64,000 nucleotides of DNA from the human T2T-CHM13v2.0 reference genome, Homo sapiens: NCBI RefSeq assembly GCF_009914755.1, contig NC_060933.1; one strand, 5' to 3'. Positions 1 through 15,639 of the stretch are shown in pieces. The notes below the pieces were generated by a model. It had not been told where the DNA came from. It did not search any database and was given only the letters and a program-made list of their open reading frames with translations. Positions within the stretch are counted from its first letter, which is position 1. Each line of letters begins with the position of its first letter. Made by a program: the position numbers and the translations under genes.

Positions 1-582
1 CAGAAAATATGAAATTGCACATTCGAGCCCAGATTTTCTTTTCATCCCCTTGTGTTCAGCTTGGCAAAAGGCTGATACTGCCAAAAAAAAAGAAAGAAAA
101 CTTTGTTCAAAATTGAAGTTAATACTTTCTTAGAGAAATAACTACTAACTAAAGGCAAATACTTGATGAGACTATTTTAATGTATCTATTGTCCTTATTA
201 TGTAGGATATAATTTCTTACTTTAACATATGATGATTTTATTTCAAAGCCATTTTGACTGAATGACTTTCAAGGTTATTTTGCAAATCATAATAATTTAA
301 ATACTTAAGGAAGCTAGTCAAAAATTTGAAATTAATTGATGGTAAGTTTGATTAATTCTGAGACTTTTAGCTGTATTATTTATCACACAGAAGAGAAGAT
401 CATTTCTATATAGCAAACAAAAATGCGTTCTGAGCCATATGTAATAGTCCATCACACAAAATGTTGAGTTAATGCCAGTCAGAATGTCTCTCTTCTTCAA
501 GTACAGGGATAACAAAATAATGGCAAGACCCAAGATCGTGTGCGCGGTGATGCACTAAAATACCTTGAATAATAACAGATGG

Positions 583-997
<415 letters not shown>

Positions 998-2544
998 TCA
1001 GCTGTTATTGGGTTAGACTATTAATTGTCTTATTGCCTTAATTCTCATCAAAAAAAGGCTGCTCTGCAGGCTTTTTTACTGTGGGAAAGTGATTAACAAC
1101 ACCCCAGCTAGAAAATTCTTCCCAATGTCTGTCCTGAATCTCTCCTGATCTAACATGGCGTATTCTGAGTTCAGCTTCCCTCAACGGAAACAAAGAATTG
1201 CTTAAAAGGGAAATTATTCTATGGGTTTTGTTTCCACAACAAAACAGGAGATAATGTGCCCTATTTTGTAAAACAAATCATTTCGTTGAAAACTCTCTTT
1301 GAAACCTCTACTCAGAGCTATGTTAAGTTGTTTAGTGACCTCAAGCACCAACACATGGACATTTCACCCATTCCCTACCACTAATAATAGCATTAAAATG
1401 TCATTTTGTCTTTAAAAGCAAATATATGCTGAAATTAAAGCCACTTCTTTGTAGATCTTCTGACTATAAAATTCTGGCTAAGTTGATTCATTTATTCTCT
1501 GCCTCTTTCTTTCCCTCCCTCCCTTAGTTCAAGCTGTATTGCTGAGCCCTACGAAGGTGCTGTCTTGGGCTGCTGAGTTCTCCTGAGCTGCAGCAAGGAC
1601 GGGCCAGACTCAGGGCATGTACTGCCGAATGACAGTGAGCCCTGCTTTCTGGGGGCTCCCTGTTTAATTAGGTGAGGCTGACTTTAGTCACATTATCACA
1701 CCAGAGAACTGAGGCTCTCAGGTTGATGGAAAATAGCAGGAGTCTACAGGATGGTTATATAAAGCGGCAGGACTGAAGGGTGAGGGAAGGCTGCCCTGAG
1801 ACTTAACTGTTGAGCCTTGCAAGACAGGACAAGGACAGGATCAGCATAAAGAGGTGGGTGGAGGGTGGGTAGAGAATTCTAAACCAAGGTCAACAGAGTA
1901 GTTTTTGTGAAGAGAGGAAGCAGGGAGTGAATGAACAACTGAAAGAGGGCCCACAAGACTGGGATGCCAAGCAAGGGAGAGGAACAATGTCTGGCCCCAC
2001 ACTGGAGGGCACAGTGAACCAGGTTCCACTGGCCAAGAGTCGCTCGTGTAGGTGTCTCTGAGCTAGGAGATGTGTACTAATTCCTAACAGGCAAGAGTTT
2101 AGGCCGGCATTGGCCATCAGAGAGGATGAGAGAAAAAATTTGTCTTATTTATGGAGCTAGCATAAGAGGAAGCTAGAGCTTTACTAAATGTGAAAATTTA
2201 AGTTGATGTATATTCTACATCCTGAACACCCAGTGACAAACTGATGTTCCAATATCTGTTTATACAACGTGTGTGTTATCATTACACTGGAAAAATGGAT
2301 GATATGTTTGCCTTATTTCAAATCACTAAGTTTTGTATTATGGTGATATACTCATACTGCTTTCTTATCAACTCAGAAATCCATTATACAAAATCCATTT
2401 TTTATGGCCATCTAAATCCTTTATTCAATACCATCAGCCTGGGACATGTTAATATATTTCTGCTAGACATACCACCCAAACTTGAAATGCATAGGACACT
2501 AAGCATATAGTGGTAGCAGCATGTTTTCCTTTAATAAAAAGACA

Positions 2545-3290
2545 TTATTTTGGGAGGCAGTTTTACATTTACAAGAAAATTGAGCAGACAATACAGAGAG
2601 TTCCTTAAACCCTCCCTAGCTCATCATGCCTATTATTAAGATATCTTGCATTCGTCTGGTATATTTGTTACAATTAATGAGCCAACATTGATACATTATT
2701 ATTATTAACTAAAATTAACAGTTTCATTAAGGTGCACTGTTTGTGTTGTACATTCTATGGGTTTGGAAAATGTATAATGTCATATATCCACCATGACATT
2801 TTACAGAATGGTTTCACTGCCCTAAAAATCCCCTGTGCTCCACCTATTGATCCCTCCTTCTCCCTGCAAATCTCTGGCAACAACTGTACTTTTCATTGTC
2901 TTCATCGTTCTGCCTTTTAAAGAGTGTCATATAGTTCGGCTTACACAGTACGTAGTCTTTTCAGATCGGCTTCTTTCACTTAGCGATGGGCATTTAAGGT
3001 TTTTTTTTTCCATGTCTTCTCATAGTTAAATAGCGTGTACCTTTTTATCACTTAATAACATTCTATTGTATGAGTGTACCAGAGTTTGTTTATTCATTCA
3101 CTTACTGAAGTTGCTTCCACCTTTGGGCAATTATGAATAAAACTCCTATAAACATCAATGTATAGATTTTTGTGTTGACCTCAGTTTTCCATGCCTGTGG
3201 TTAAATGCCAAGACACAATTACTGGATCTTACGGTGACAGTATACTTAGTTTTGTGAGAAACCACTTCCCTTCTAAAGTTGCTGTATGGG
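2545..3290 (-). mobile_element. Old L1 3' end fragment (L1MB/L1MC-like)
   Basis: Antisense L1 3'UTR/ORF2-end phrases (GCAGTTTTACATTTACAAGAAAATTGAGCAG; TTTATTCATTCACTTACTGAAG). Boundaries approximate. Confidence 0.7.
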
Positions 3291-4423
3291 GCTGTATGGG
3301 AAATATTTGAATTAACATCCAAATCACACAATCTTTTTGTTACACTTTAAGCATTAAGAGATTCGTTGTCATAGTTACCTTGGGAGTTAATTGCTTCTGA
3401 GGAGTTGACAAGGGCTCTCGGTAATGTGGTGCATATTAACACAGGTTATATTAATGAATAAACAATGCATGAACTATGAAATGTAAGACCATGCAGAGTA
3501 TATTATTAATAAATAAATAATGATTATGTACTACGTATTTACCTTTTGACAGAGAGGTGCACAACAAAAACAAATGTTGATATTCTTGAAAATTTTGAAG
3601 TCAAGTCTCAACAATTAAATATAAATTTTGTCTTTCCATGTAAGTGATAGACTAATGAATCTACAGATTTGCAAGTTTATAAGCCGAAGTGAATGAGTGC
3701 CTCCTTCTGAAAATTATTATTGGGCTTATGAGTTTATAAGCGCATGCATTTCACCCTGGTTGGCCTAAGCTGGCAATTTCCTCCAAGTGGGCATATTAGG
3801 AATACCAAATGTCACGAACAGACTGCAAAGAGAGAGAGGAAGGGAACATTTAGCTTCTGACAGCTGAACACAAGAAAAGGGTCCAACCAAGTTTCCTGGG
3901 AAAGCTGGAGGTTACAACCATCAGATGACCAGTGCCCAACTTCTCTTGTTTATTTTAATTCTTCTGTTTTAATAGACAATATTTCATTTTGACATTTTAA
4001 GGAACATTTCTGTGTCTCTGTTCTGGCCCCTGATGTTACCTTTGGAGACTAGGGGGAAGAGAGAGGGAGTAATTAATATATTTATAAGAACATATTTTTG
4101 AATAAGAAGAATATGCATGAGTTAATATTTATTAATATATTTTTATTAATCAAAATATATTCACAAGAAATTATTTATATTTAAGAATATACTCAATAAC
4201 ATATATGTAAAATATGTTATTCAGGAGTGCGTTCTTAATTCACATGTTCTTTGTGCCACATGTGTCCACTGATCTCTGTGGAAGATTCACAAAAATGATA
4301 TGTAAGGTATCCAAATTGCTGAAAACCACAGACAATGAGAAAAATCTTGAAGGCAGCTAGAGGAAAAATTAAGCATTTACATCAAGCATTTATCAATGAG
4401 AAGAATATATTCATCGGAAGAAT

Positions 4424-4799
4424 TGTATTAGTCCGTTCTCACGCTGCTAATAAAGGCATACCCGAGACTGGGTAATTTGTAAAAGGGAGCTTTAATTGAC
4501 TCACAGTTCAGCATGGCTGGGGAGGTCTCAGGAAACTTAAAATCATGGCAGAAGGGGAAGCAAACATGTCCTCCTTCACATGATGGCAGAAAGGAGAAGT
4601 GCTGAGCAAACGGGGAAAAGGCCCTTATAAAACCATCAGTTCTCGTGAGAACTCACTCACCATTATGAGAACAGCAGCATGGAAGTAACCGCCCCCATGA
4701 TTCAATTACCTCCCACTGGGTCCTTCCCACAACACATGGGGATTATGGGAACCACAAGTTAAGATGAGATTTGGGTGGGGACACAGCCAAATCATATCA
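4424..4799 (-). mobile_element. THE1 (THE1C/D-like) MaLR solo LTR
   Basis: Runs TGTATTAGTCCGTTCTCACGCTGC...GGGACACAGCCAAATCATATCA, with an exact 5-bp TSD AGAAT (4419-4423, 4800-4804). Confidence 0.93.
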
Positions 4800-5500
4800 A
4801 GAATATATTTTAAAAATAAATCATTTTATTCACGAATAAATTCATATAAATATGTTTATCTTTTGCACCATCAGTTTTTCCTTTTTTCTTTTAGCTTCCA
4901 TCTGTCAAAGCAGAAAGCCAGGTCAGAGATAGACCAGCCATCCCTTCACTTTTGCTGAGACTATGACACAAGAAAATAAGTCAACCTTAAATAGCAGAAA
5001 CAAATTTAACAAAATAGTCATCAGCAAATTGGCCACTCAGCAAAGTGGCTTTGTCAGTGGGCCTGGTTGAGAGAGCTAGGACCTGCTGCCACAGAAACTG
5101 CCTTGGTCAGGTGAAACAACCCCGAAGCAGAAAGTGTAGGTAGAAAATCAGGACTGAAGCAATTACACATGTTGTCATTGACCTTTCCATCTGCAGGGGA
5201 TAATGCAGTGAAACCCTGCCACCTTTCCACAGGCTAACTCTCAGCGGAATAAAAAAAAAGTCATGTGCAGGTTGATTTGGGCTAACGAATGATCTTTCAT
5301 CATTCAACTTTTGATGTTCAAAAGTGTATGTTATTATATTTGTGCACATGTGAAATGAAAGAGAAAGGAGCTTGGACACATGAAAACCAAGGAAAGAAAA
5401 ACCTAATTTGTTTTACTAATAAAGAGTAACAGAAAAAAGGGTAATACCAATTTCACTTGCTTCTATGTCTCTTTTCTATGCCCTCAGGAAGTACAATTTA

Positions 5501-5580
5501 CCACTTTGGGAAGCTTAGGAGGGAGCATCGCTTAAGACCATGAGTTCAAGTCCAGCCTGGGCATCATATTGATGTCTCTT
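5501..5580 (+). mobile_element. FLAM/Alu left-monomer fragment
   Basis: CACTTTGGGAAGC...GAGTTCAAGTCCAGCCTGGGC. Confidence 0.7.
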
Positions 5581-5749
5581 CTAAAAGCACTACTAATGCA
5601 ATAAAATGTATTCTCATTGAAAATTACATCTGCAGACAATAAAACAGGAAAAAACTGCTGTCTTTTCACACTCAATTGTTTATCTTCTGATCTGATTCAT
5701 CTTGCCATTGTGTGTTGCATAAAAGTTGTAATAAACTAAAATTTAACAT

Positions 5750-6133
5750 ATTGTGGTACAAACACACCGTGGAATAGTGGAATACTATGCAACCATAAAA
5801 AAGAATGAGATCATGTCCTTCTCAGGAACATGATGAAGCTGGAGGCCATTATCCTTAGCAAACTAACACAGGAACTGAAAACAAAATACCGCATCTTCTC
5901 ACCTACAAGTGGGAGTTAAACGATGAGAACACATGGATACATAGAGGGCAACGACACACACTGGGGCCTACCTGAGAGTGGAGGGTGGGAGGAGGGAAAG
6001 GGGTACAAAAAATAACTATTGGTTACTAGGCTTAATACCTGAGAGATGACATAATCTGTACAACAAACCCCTATGACACGCGTTTACCTATATAACAAAC
6101 CTGCCCATGTAACCCAAACTTAAAATAAAAGTT
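5750..6133 (+). mobile_element. L1PA/L1PB 3' end
   Basis: AAAAAGAATGAGATCATGTCC...GAGGGTGGGAGGAGGG...TAAAATAAAAGTT, a typical older primate L1 3'UTR. Confidence 0.88.
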
Positions 6134-6264
6134 TAATATATAAATATATATATAGTGGCATTTTGGACAGACATTTACATATAGAGATGCATGAATACAT
6201 ACATCAATAGATGTATGTATTCACGGGTTATTATGAATGCAAATATGCATTTGAAAATAGGGTT

Positions 6265-6618
<354 letters not shown>

Positions 6619-7139
6619 TTACTTTTTTATAGTAGGTATATATTTCAAACCATAGTCTTAGATCTTATGACATAGTTAAAGGAAACATCATATAAGAGCT
6701 CAGAGATGTAAAATAGAGCCATTTATGATGGTATTGAGAACCTGTAATGATACATCTATGTTAATTTTTTATATGTTAATTTAATTTAGGTTTTCTGCCT
6801 TTGGAACTGTGTACAGGTAAGATGCTCTAAGCTACCATATAGCAAAATTTAAATGAAAATTACCATTACACTTATTTAGCTCCAAATAATTTAATAACTA
6901 TTACTGGGTTGTTACTAGAAAAAAAAACAGCTCACTGTAATTGTTAATGAAGTAAAGCAGTCCCAATCAAATCTTGCATTGCTCTGACACGTGTTTTGCT
7001 AAAGGAGAGGGAGAGGCGTTTTGTTGTATTTCCAGCTGGCTTCCTGGGGAAACATAATACATTTGGAGAATGTGTTCCCCTTTGTTAATTGTGACGCGTG
7101 TCCAGTGACCCCTGATGAAGAACTCTTAAAGTGACATGG

Positions 7140-7410
7140 AATGTGTTCAAATTGCTGAAAACCAGAGACAAAGAGAAATCAACACAAAAACTGAAAATCT
7201 CTCATTTTTCTCAAAAGAGAAACATCTTGAGGAAGTTAGAGGAAAAAAGACATTATCAAACAAGAAACAAGGTTAAGAATGGGAGCTGACTTCATATCAG
7301 AAACCATGCAAGCAAGAAACGAAGTGACACTTTTGAAGTCATAAAAGAATTTTTAAAAACCTATCAACCCAGAATTCTATAACCATTGAAAAATTCTTTA
7401 AATATTTGTT
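7140..7410 (+). mobile_element. Old L1 ORF1 fragment
   Basis: AAATTGCTGAAAACCAGAGACAAAGAGAAA...GACTTCATATCAGAAACCATGCAAGC...CAACCCAGAATTCTAT resemble the L1 ORF1 C-terminal region. Confidence 0.65.
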
Positions 7411-7489
7411 AATCACTGTGGTGATTTTGAATTAAGGTGAAGTTGAATTCCCCTCATGTGGCTTGCAAGTTAGTCTTGTTTTTGTGGTT

Positions 7490-7786
7490 TGGGTTTTTGT
7501 TTTTGAGATAAGGTCTTCCTCTGTCATCCAGGCCGAAGTGCATTGGCGCAATCACAGCTCACTGCAACCCCAACAACCGAGACTCAAGTGATCCTCCCAC
7601 CTCAGCCTCCCACATTGCTGAGACTACAGGTGCACTCCACCACACCTGGCTAATTTTTGTAACTTTTGTAGAGATGGGGTTTCATCATGTTGCCCAGGCT
7701 GGTTTTGAACTTCTGGGCTCAAGCAATCTGCCCACCTTGGTCTCTCAAAGTCCTGGAATTACAGACATGAGACACTGTGCCCAGTC
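7490..7786 (-). mobile_element. AluJ
   Basis: Antisense Alu with J-type features (GACTCAAGTGATCCTCCCACCTCAGCC; TGTTGCCCAGGCTGG; CTGGGCTCAAGCAATC). Confidence 0.9.
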
Positions 7787-7799
7787 TTGCAGGTTGGTC

Positions 7800-8704
7800 T
7801 TAATGACTGACTTTTAAGAAATGGAATACGGAAAAGTAAAAACTGTAATTTTGTAGTGGAGGAAACCATCAAGTCACCAACATAGCCAAGTAATCAAGCT
7901 TAACATCAACAATGAAAAGTCATATGGCTACCTCACACCACCGTGACACAATGGGAAGGTCACTTCAACTATGTGAAATTCTTCCTCAAAATTTACAACC
8001 CCACTTTAATCAAGAGAAAACATCAGATGAACCCAAATCATTTGATGCACATTCTAAAAAATATCTGGTCAGTGGTCTTCAAAGTGTCAAAGCCAGGAAA
8101 GACAGAGAGATTGTCCCTAATTGAAGTAGACTAAGGAGACATGAAGACTAAACACAATATGAGATCCTGGATGGTACCTGGGAACAAAGAGAAGAAATTA
8201 GTTAAAAACAAAAACAAAAACAAACTGGTGAAATGTGGGCGGGGCACGGTGGCTCACTCCTGTAATCCCAGCACTTTGGGAGGCCAAGGCAGGTGGATCA
8301 CCTGAGGTCAGGAGTCTGAGACCAGCCTGGCCAGCGTGGTGAAATCCCATCTCTACTAAAAATACAAAAATTAGCCGGATGTGGTGTTGGGCATCTGTAA
8401 TCCCAGCTGCTCGGGTGGCTGAGGAATGAAAATCACTTGAAACCAGGAGGTTGAGGTTACAGTGAGCCAAGATCGCACCACTGCACTCCAGCCTAGGCAT
8501 TAGAGTGAGACTTCCTCTCAAAAATGAAAAACTGGTTAAATATAGCCTGTCATTTAGGTAATAGTATTGTACAATGTTAATTTCTCGTTTTTAATAAATG
8601 TGCCATGGTAACGTAAGAGGTTGACATCAGAAGCAACTAAGTGAAGAGTGTATAGGAACTGTCTTTACCATCTTTGCAACTCTATGTAAATCTAAAATTA
8701 TTCC
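7800..8704 (+). mobile_element. L1MC-type 3' end fragment (interrupted by an Alu)
   Basis: Typical L1MC 3'UTR phrases (GATCCTGGATGG...GGAACAAAG; TCTTTGCAACTCTATGTAAATCTAAAATTATTCC). Confidence 0.7.
8238..8530 (+). mobile_element. AluSx-like
   Basis: GATCACCTGAGGTCAGGAG; TSD AAACTGGT(G/T)AAAT. Confidence 0.95.
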
Positions 8705-8705
8705 A

Positions 8706-11700
8706 GAGAATGACTTCACAAGGTGGCAGAATAGAATTTCTCCAGCTCCACACCCCCACACGGAAATCCAACTAGCAACTATCCACAGGCAAGAATACCT
8801 TTCTGAATATCCCAGAACTCAGGAGTGAGACTGAGACACCCAATTGTACTGCAGAACTAAGAAAAGCTGTGCTTTGAAGGGTAAGAGGAACAGTTCATTT
8901 TGAGCATGTCACCCCTCCACCAAGCTGGCACAGCACGACACACAGAGGATTTCACCAGACCCACAATTTCTACAGTGGGAAAAGAAAGTTGGAGGTGGAC
9001 ATTCAGCTTGCCCACCATTCTAGGACCCTTCACAGGAGGCTCATCCTTGTCTTATACCACAGGAAACATTAGGAGTGCCATCGGGGCTAGACCACCTGGA
9101 GTCAGCTAGAAACAAAGAATGGGAGTAGATCTCACAGAGACTAGCATGTAGTTAGTCTGCATTCTGGCTAATGGAGGCATCATATGAGAGAGACTAGCCA
9201 ACAGCATTGTACCGCAGGAAGTACAGCTCACAGATGTACCCAGCTCGCATCCCTCGCCAGCTTTCCTACATAGACCTGGTGCTTTCTACAGCATTGCCCA
9301 GGCTAGAAGGCAAGTGAAAGTCAGCACTTCTCTGCAGAGGGTACATCTGGTCCCCACCCAGCACCAGCAGCTGACCAGGGACTCCACTAAGCTTTGTTTA
9401 AGCCTACCTTAGGCCAGGAGACAAGATCAAGTCCGCACATATGTGTGGGGCATAATGGCTTCTAGCCCTGATCAGCCCTGTGTAGCTGAGCAACAACACC
9501 AGAGTCTTTAGTTGACCATAGAGCTCAGCACAGAGGCCTGCTCAACTACAGATTCTAAACAACAATACCATCCAACCAGCGGAGACAGCCTACAATCCTG
9601 CTGGATCAGAGTGAACTGCAGAGTCCAGTTAGCAGTACCATTCAACCTTAGGGCTCAGGAAGTGACACAGCCCAACTAAAGAACCTGACACCAAGCTCTG
9701 CCCGTCCAGGGTCATTGCCAGCTAACACATCCAGAATCCCTTCCTACGAAGTAGTAAAGATCTGTCAAAGCCTGGAAGAGGTGGCCGTCTCCTCAAACAC
9801 AGAAGCATCAATGCAAGACAGAAGTATTATGAAAAGTCAGGGAAATATGACACCACTAAAAGAAAATAATAAAGATCAGATAATAGCTCTGGAATATAAG
9901 GTGATCTATAAAATGACTGACAAAGAGTTCAGGATAACCCCCTTAAAGAAGTTCAGGGAACTCCAGTTAAATTAAATTAACTTTGAAACCAATTCATGAA
10001 CAAAATGAGAAATTGACAAAGAACTAGAGATGATAAATAGAAACCAAATAGAAATCTGAGGCATAAAGAATACAATAGTTTAACTGAAAATGTCAATGGA
10101 AAGCTTTGACAGCAGACTTGATCAAGCAAAAGAAAGGATCACTGAATTCAAAGATAGGTATATTGAAATTATCCAGTCTGAAGAGCAAAAAGAAAAAGAA
10201 TAAAGAAGGCCTACAGGAATTATGAGATACCATCAGGCAAACTAATATTCACATAATCGGAGATTCAGAAGAAGATAGAGAAGAAGGCCCAAAAAGGATA
10301 TTTAAGAAAATGGCTGAACATTTCCCCAATCTGGGGAAAGATGACGACATCTAAATACAGGAAGCTCAAAAGTCTCCAATCAAATTCCACTCAAAAAGGA
10401 ATTTACCAAGATAAAACATAATCAATTTATCAAAAATCAAAGACAAAGAAACAAAACTGAAAGCAGCAAGAGATAAGAAACATATCACATTCAAGAAACC
10501 ACAATATGACTTTCAGTTGACTTCTTAGCAAAAACTCTGCAGGCCAAGAGAGATTGAGGTGATATATTCAAAGTGCTGAAGAAGAAGAACTGCCAACCAG
10601 GAATTTTTTACTTGGCAAAGTTGTCCTTAAAAAATAAGAGAGAATTGGCTGGGCAGGGTGGTTCACACCTGTAATCCCAGCACTTTGGGAGGCCTAGGTG
10701 GGCAGATCACGAGGTGAGGAGATCAAGACCATTCTGGCCAACATGGTGAAACCCCATCTCTACTAAAAATACAAAAATTAGCTGGGTGTGGTGGCGTGCA
10801 CCTGTATTCCCAGCTACTTGGGAGCCTGAGGCAGGAGAATCACTTGAACTTGGGAAGGAGAGGTTGCAGTGAGCCAAGATTGCAGCAGCAGAGCAAGACT
10901 CCATCTCAAAAAAAAAAAAAAAAAAGATAAAAAAAGAAATAAGAGAGAATTCCAACTTCCCCAGACAAACAAATCCTAAGGGAGTCTATTACATTATCCC
11001 TGCTTTACAGGAATGGCTAAAGGCAGTTCTTTAAGCTGAAATGGAAGGTTTCTACTTAATAACAAAAAAAATGCATGTAAAAATCTCAATAACTCAATGG
11101 TATTAAGTAATACATAATCAAACTCATTCTCTAACACTGTATGGGTGATACATAAAGCAATCGTATCCTTACTGTGATGATTAAAAGGAAAAACTATTAA
11201 AAGCAACTGTAGCTGCAATTGTTAAGGAATACAAATTACAAAAACAAATTAAAAATTTTACATCAAAATTATAAAAGGGGGGAGTGAGAGTATGAGATTA
11301 AAGTTCAATTATTATCAGCTTAATGTAGCATGTTATAAAGCTCAGATATTTTATGTAAGCCTCATGGTAACCACAAAGCAAAAAGAAAACAACAAGAGAG
11401 AAATAAAGAAACAGGGACTTACAAAAAATTCAGAAAATGAATGACAAAACAGCAGTAGCAAGTGCTTACCTATCAGTAATTACTTTGAATGTAAACAGAT
11501 TAAATTCTCCAATCAAGAGGCTCAGGACAGCTGAATAAATTTTCTTTTTAAAGAACCATATGCTGCCTACAAGAGACTCACTCTACTAGTAAGGACACAT
11601 ACAGACTGAAACTGAAGGTATGGAAAAAGATACTCATTGCAAATAGACACCAACAGAGACCAGGAGTATCTATATTTATATCAATCAAAATCGTCTTTAA

Positions 11701-12630
11701 ATCAAAAACTGTAAAAAGAGATAAAGAAGGTCATTAAATAATGAGAAAGGGGTCAGTTCACCAAGAGGACATAACAGTTGTAATTATATATGCACCCAAC
11801 ATCAGAGCACCTAAATACGTAAAGCAATTATTAAATGACATGAAGGGATAAATAAATGGCAATACTACAATATTATGGAACCTCAACACCGCTCTTTCAA
11901 AAATGTCCATACAACCCAAAATGATCTACAGTGTCAATGTAATCTCTCTCAAAATTCCAATGTCATTTTTCACAGCAATATAAAATATCCTTAAATTTAT
12001 GTGGAATTACAAAAGACCCTAAAGAGTCAAAACGATCTTGCGCAAAAGGAAAAAAGCTGGTGTCATTACACTCCCTAATTTCAAAAATCTTATGAAGTTA
12101 TTGTAATGAAAATAGCATGACACTGGTATAAAAATAAGCTGACTGATGAAACAGGATAGAAAGCCCAGAAATCAACCCATGCATGTATGATCAATTGATT
12201 TTTGACCAAGGTGCCAAGAACACACAATGGGGAAAGGACAATATCTTCAAAAAATAGTGTGGGGAAAACTAGCTATCCACATGAAGGAGAATGAAATCAG
12301 ATCCATATTTTATACCACATACAAAAATCAACCCAAATGGATTAAAAATCTAAACATAATATCTGAAACTGTGAAACTACTAAAAGAAAACAGAGAAAAA
12401 TCCCCACAACATTGGCTGGGGCAATGATTATTTAGATATGACCCCAAAAGCACAGGCAACAGAAGCAAAAAGCAAAAAGAGAGAAATAAAATGGCATCAA
12501 ACTAAAAAGCTTCTTCACAGCAAACCTTTAAAGTGAAGGGACAGCCCACAGAACGGGAAAAAATATTTGCAAACTATACAGCTAATAAAGGGTCAATATC
12601 CAAAACATAAGAAACTCAAACAACACAAAT
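8706..12630 (+). mobile_element. Old L1 (L1MA/L1M2-like): 5'UTR, ORF1, endonuclease start and ORF2 C-terminal part; RT region deleted
   Basis: 5'UTR-like GC-richer start, ORF1-like ORF 9715-9975 (QGNMTPLKENNK...MTDKEFRI), EN start (TTACTTTGAATGTAAA, about 11480) and ORF2 C-terminal ORF 12227-12427. Many stops. Confidence 0.85.
10647..10936 (+). mobile_element. AluSc-like, with a right-arm internal deletion
   Basis: Inserted in L1 ORF1; TSD AAATAAGAGAGAATT; lacks CCACTGCACTCCAGCCTGG. Confidence 0.93.
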
Positions 12631-12673
12631 ACCATCAGTCTAAGTTGGTGAGCCCTTTCAAACTGCAGCTCAC

Positions 12674-12982
12674 TTTATTTATTTATCTATTTTTTTTGAG
12701 ACGGAGTCTCGCTCTGTGGCCCAGGCTGGAGTGCAGTGGCGTGATCTTGGCTCACTGCAAGCTCCGCCTCCCAGAACGCCTCCGCCGTTCTCTTGCTTCT
12801 GCCTCCAGAGTAGCTGGGACTACAGGTGCCCGCCACCACACCCGACTAATTTTTTGTGTTTTTAGTAGAGACGGGGTTTCACCGTGTTAGCCAGGATGGT
12901 GTCCATCTCCTGACCTTGTGATCTGCCCGTCTCGGCCTCTGAAAGTGCTGGGATTACAGGCGTGAGCCACCGCACCAGGCCT
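12674..12982 (-). mobile_element. AluY-like, inserted in an L1 poly(A) tail
   Basis: Antisense AluY diagnostics (ACTGCAAGCTCCGCC; CACCGTGTTAGCCAGGATGG). Confidence 0.93.
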
Positions 12983-13790
<808 letters not shown>

Positions 13791-15639
13791 TGCAGCTCAC
13801 ATTTTTAATTTGCTCAGAGTTTTCTTCTCTTTGGATGCATATTCATTGTCTCTGCTTCTTTTTCTTTTTCAGAATTTTCAGATTTGTGTAAATTTCCTCT
13901 ATCGATTGCCACGTCACTTTCATTTTCCATCCCAACTTTGTCTCTTAGTATTTTTGCTCTGAGACTTGAAATGGTCCATCTTTTCCTTTGCCGGTCTCCA
14001 AGCCCTCCTCTAGCCCTGAGGTAGGAAAGCCCACAATAGCTCTCCTACCACTCTCAGGCCTTCATCTGCCTGCTGACGGTCCAAAAACGTCTTGCTTCAG
14101 GAGCACAGGTTGGAGTTAGAAGTGAAATTAGAGGCAAATTAGAAGATTTTAAACTATTATTTCCCCAGAACCGCACAGAATCGGCAGCTACATTAAATTT
14201 CTTACCCACAGAGCTGATTTTAGAAATACGTAACTGCAGACATTTTTAATGGTGACTGTCCCGTTAAAAGGTAATAGGAATGCATGTTTCCCCATTAAAG
14301 GACTTGCCTTGTTCCATTAAAAGGTAATGGGGGTGCATGTGTGTGTGTGTACATGTGTGTGTGTTATTATCCACCAAAAAGCAGCAAAAGTTTTTTATAT
14401 ATTTTAAAGAAAATAATAGAAGGGTTTTGTCATGCTATACTTAGAATTCTGAACATCATAACTTTTATTACAATGTATGTTTTAAGGTTAAAAAACAGTA
14501 TTATTTAATGTGGTAAACCTTGGTAAATGACATTCTATTTATAATATATATTTTATATTCATAATTATGTTATACTCTTATATGCAATATTCAACACTAA
14601 TATAATTTGTTTTATGGTACACCTGGCACGTAATTCTCTCACATCTTGGAGGTGATTCACATACATTTTTCTAATTCTGTCCTGACTAGTCTTCCTATTA
14701 ACTGTTTAAAGAACTTTATACTCCACTATGGAAATCCTTCTTTTTAATAAATAAATGTGCTTTATGTAGTATTTCCATAAATAGTTTTAAATTACACCTG
14801 GACCATGACTGATACAGAAATATGTACATACACACATATCTATATCTATATTTATATGTATAAACATATGTACACATATCTATATAGAGAAATGTATTTC
14901 TATCAGTCTTTCCTATTGGATGTCTTGAAACTCCATCTTTGGGTTCCTTTCTTTTAACTTAAAACCTATTTTTCCTACTAAAATGTAATGAAAAAAATAA
15001 AACCAACTGGGAGAACTAATAGTTGGCATTTTCTTACTAATTTATGCCTCAGTGGGACAATATTTTATCAACTCTTAGCATGGAAAAACAAATACACTTT
15101 GGTTTTGACAGAAAAAAAGGAGAAAAAACATTAAGCATCTCAGGAAAGAAAGGGAGGGGAAAAGCGTGATTTGGGTGAAGCTTAGTAGTGAAGTAAATGT
15201 CACATGGTAGCCTAAGAAGCTGAGGACAATTTTCACTTGCATGACAATTTTTAGTAGAGTTGTTTAGTAACTTTAAAAACAGATTTAATACATTTTTTCT
15301 CTTAAAAAATCTACAGCAAGAAATCCAGAAGCCAATAAAATTTCTATCATTTCAATCCAGAATTCTTTCAATTGTTTCAGGTTATGGAGGCATTGGCCCA
15401 TAAAATATTTTGCCCGATAATGTTTTCCAAAAAGGGAAATCTTTTCTGCTCTCATCAACAACAAAATGTCTGGAAGAAAAAAGAAATATTAAGGAATAAA
15501 AATTTGGCTGAAGAGCCTCTCTACTTAAAGGAATGAAAGGTGTTTCAAAAAGTTACTAACAATAAGCACAAAAACAATTAAACATTAAATGTAGAAACAA
15601 TTAAAAGAAATATTTCATGATTTTCTGTAGCTCTTATTG

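Noticed and set aside
318-565. Hydrophobic minus-strand reading (CITAHTILGLAIILLSLYLKKR) as the Caspr transmembrane last exon
   Set aside because: Only CITA matches the Caspr3 TM region, the hydrophobic stretch is on the wrong side of it, and there is an in-frame stop just upstream.
3378-3430. Minus-strand GAGAGCCCTTG...AAG|GTAAC as the penultimate Caspr exon
   Set aside because: The match is about 11 nt only, with no acceptor and no SAVIGG motif.
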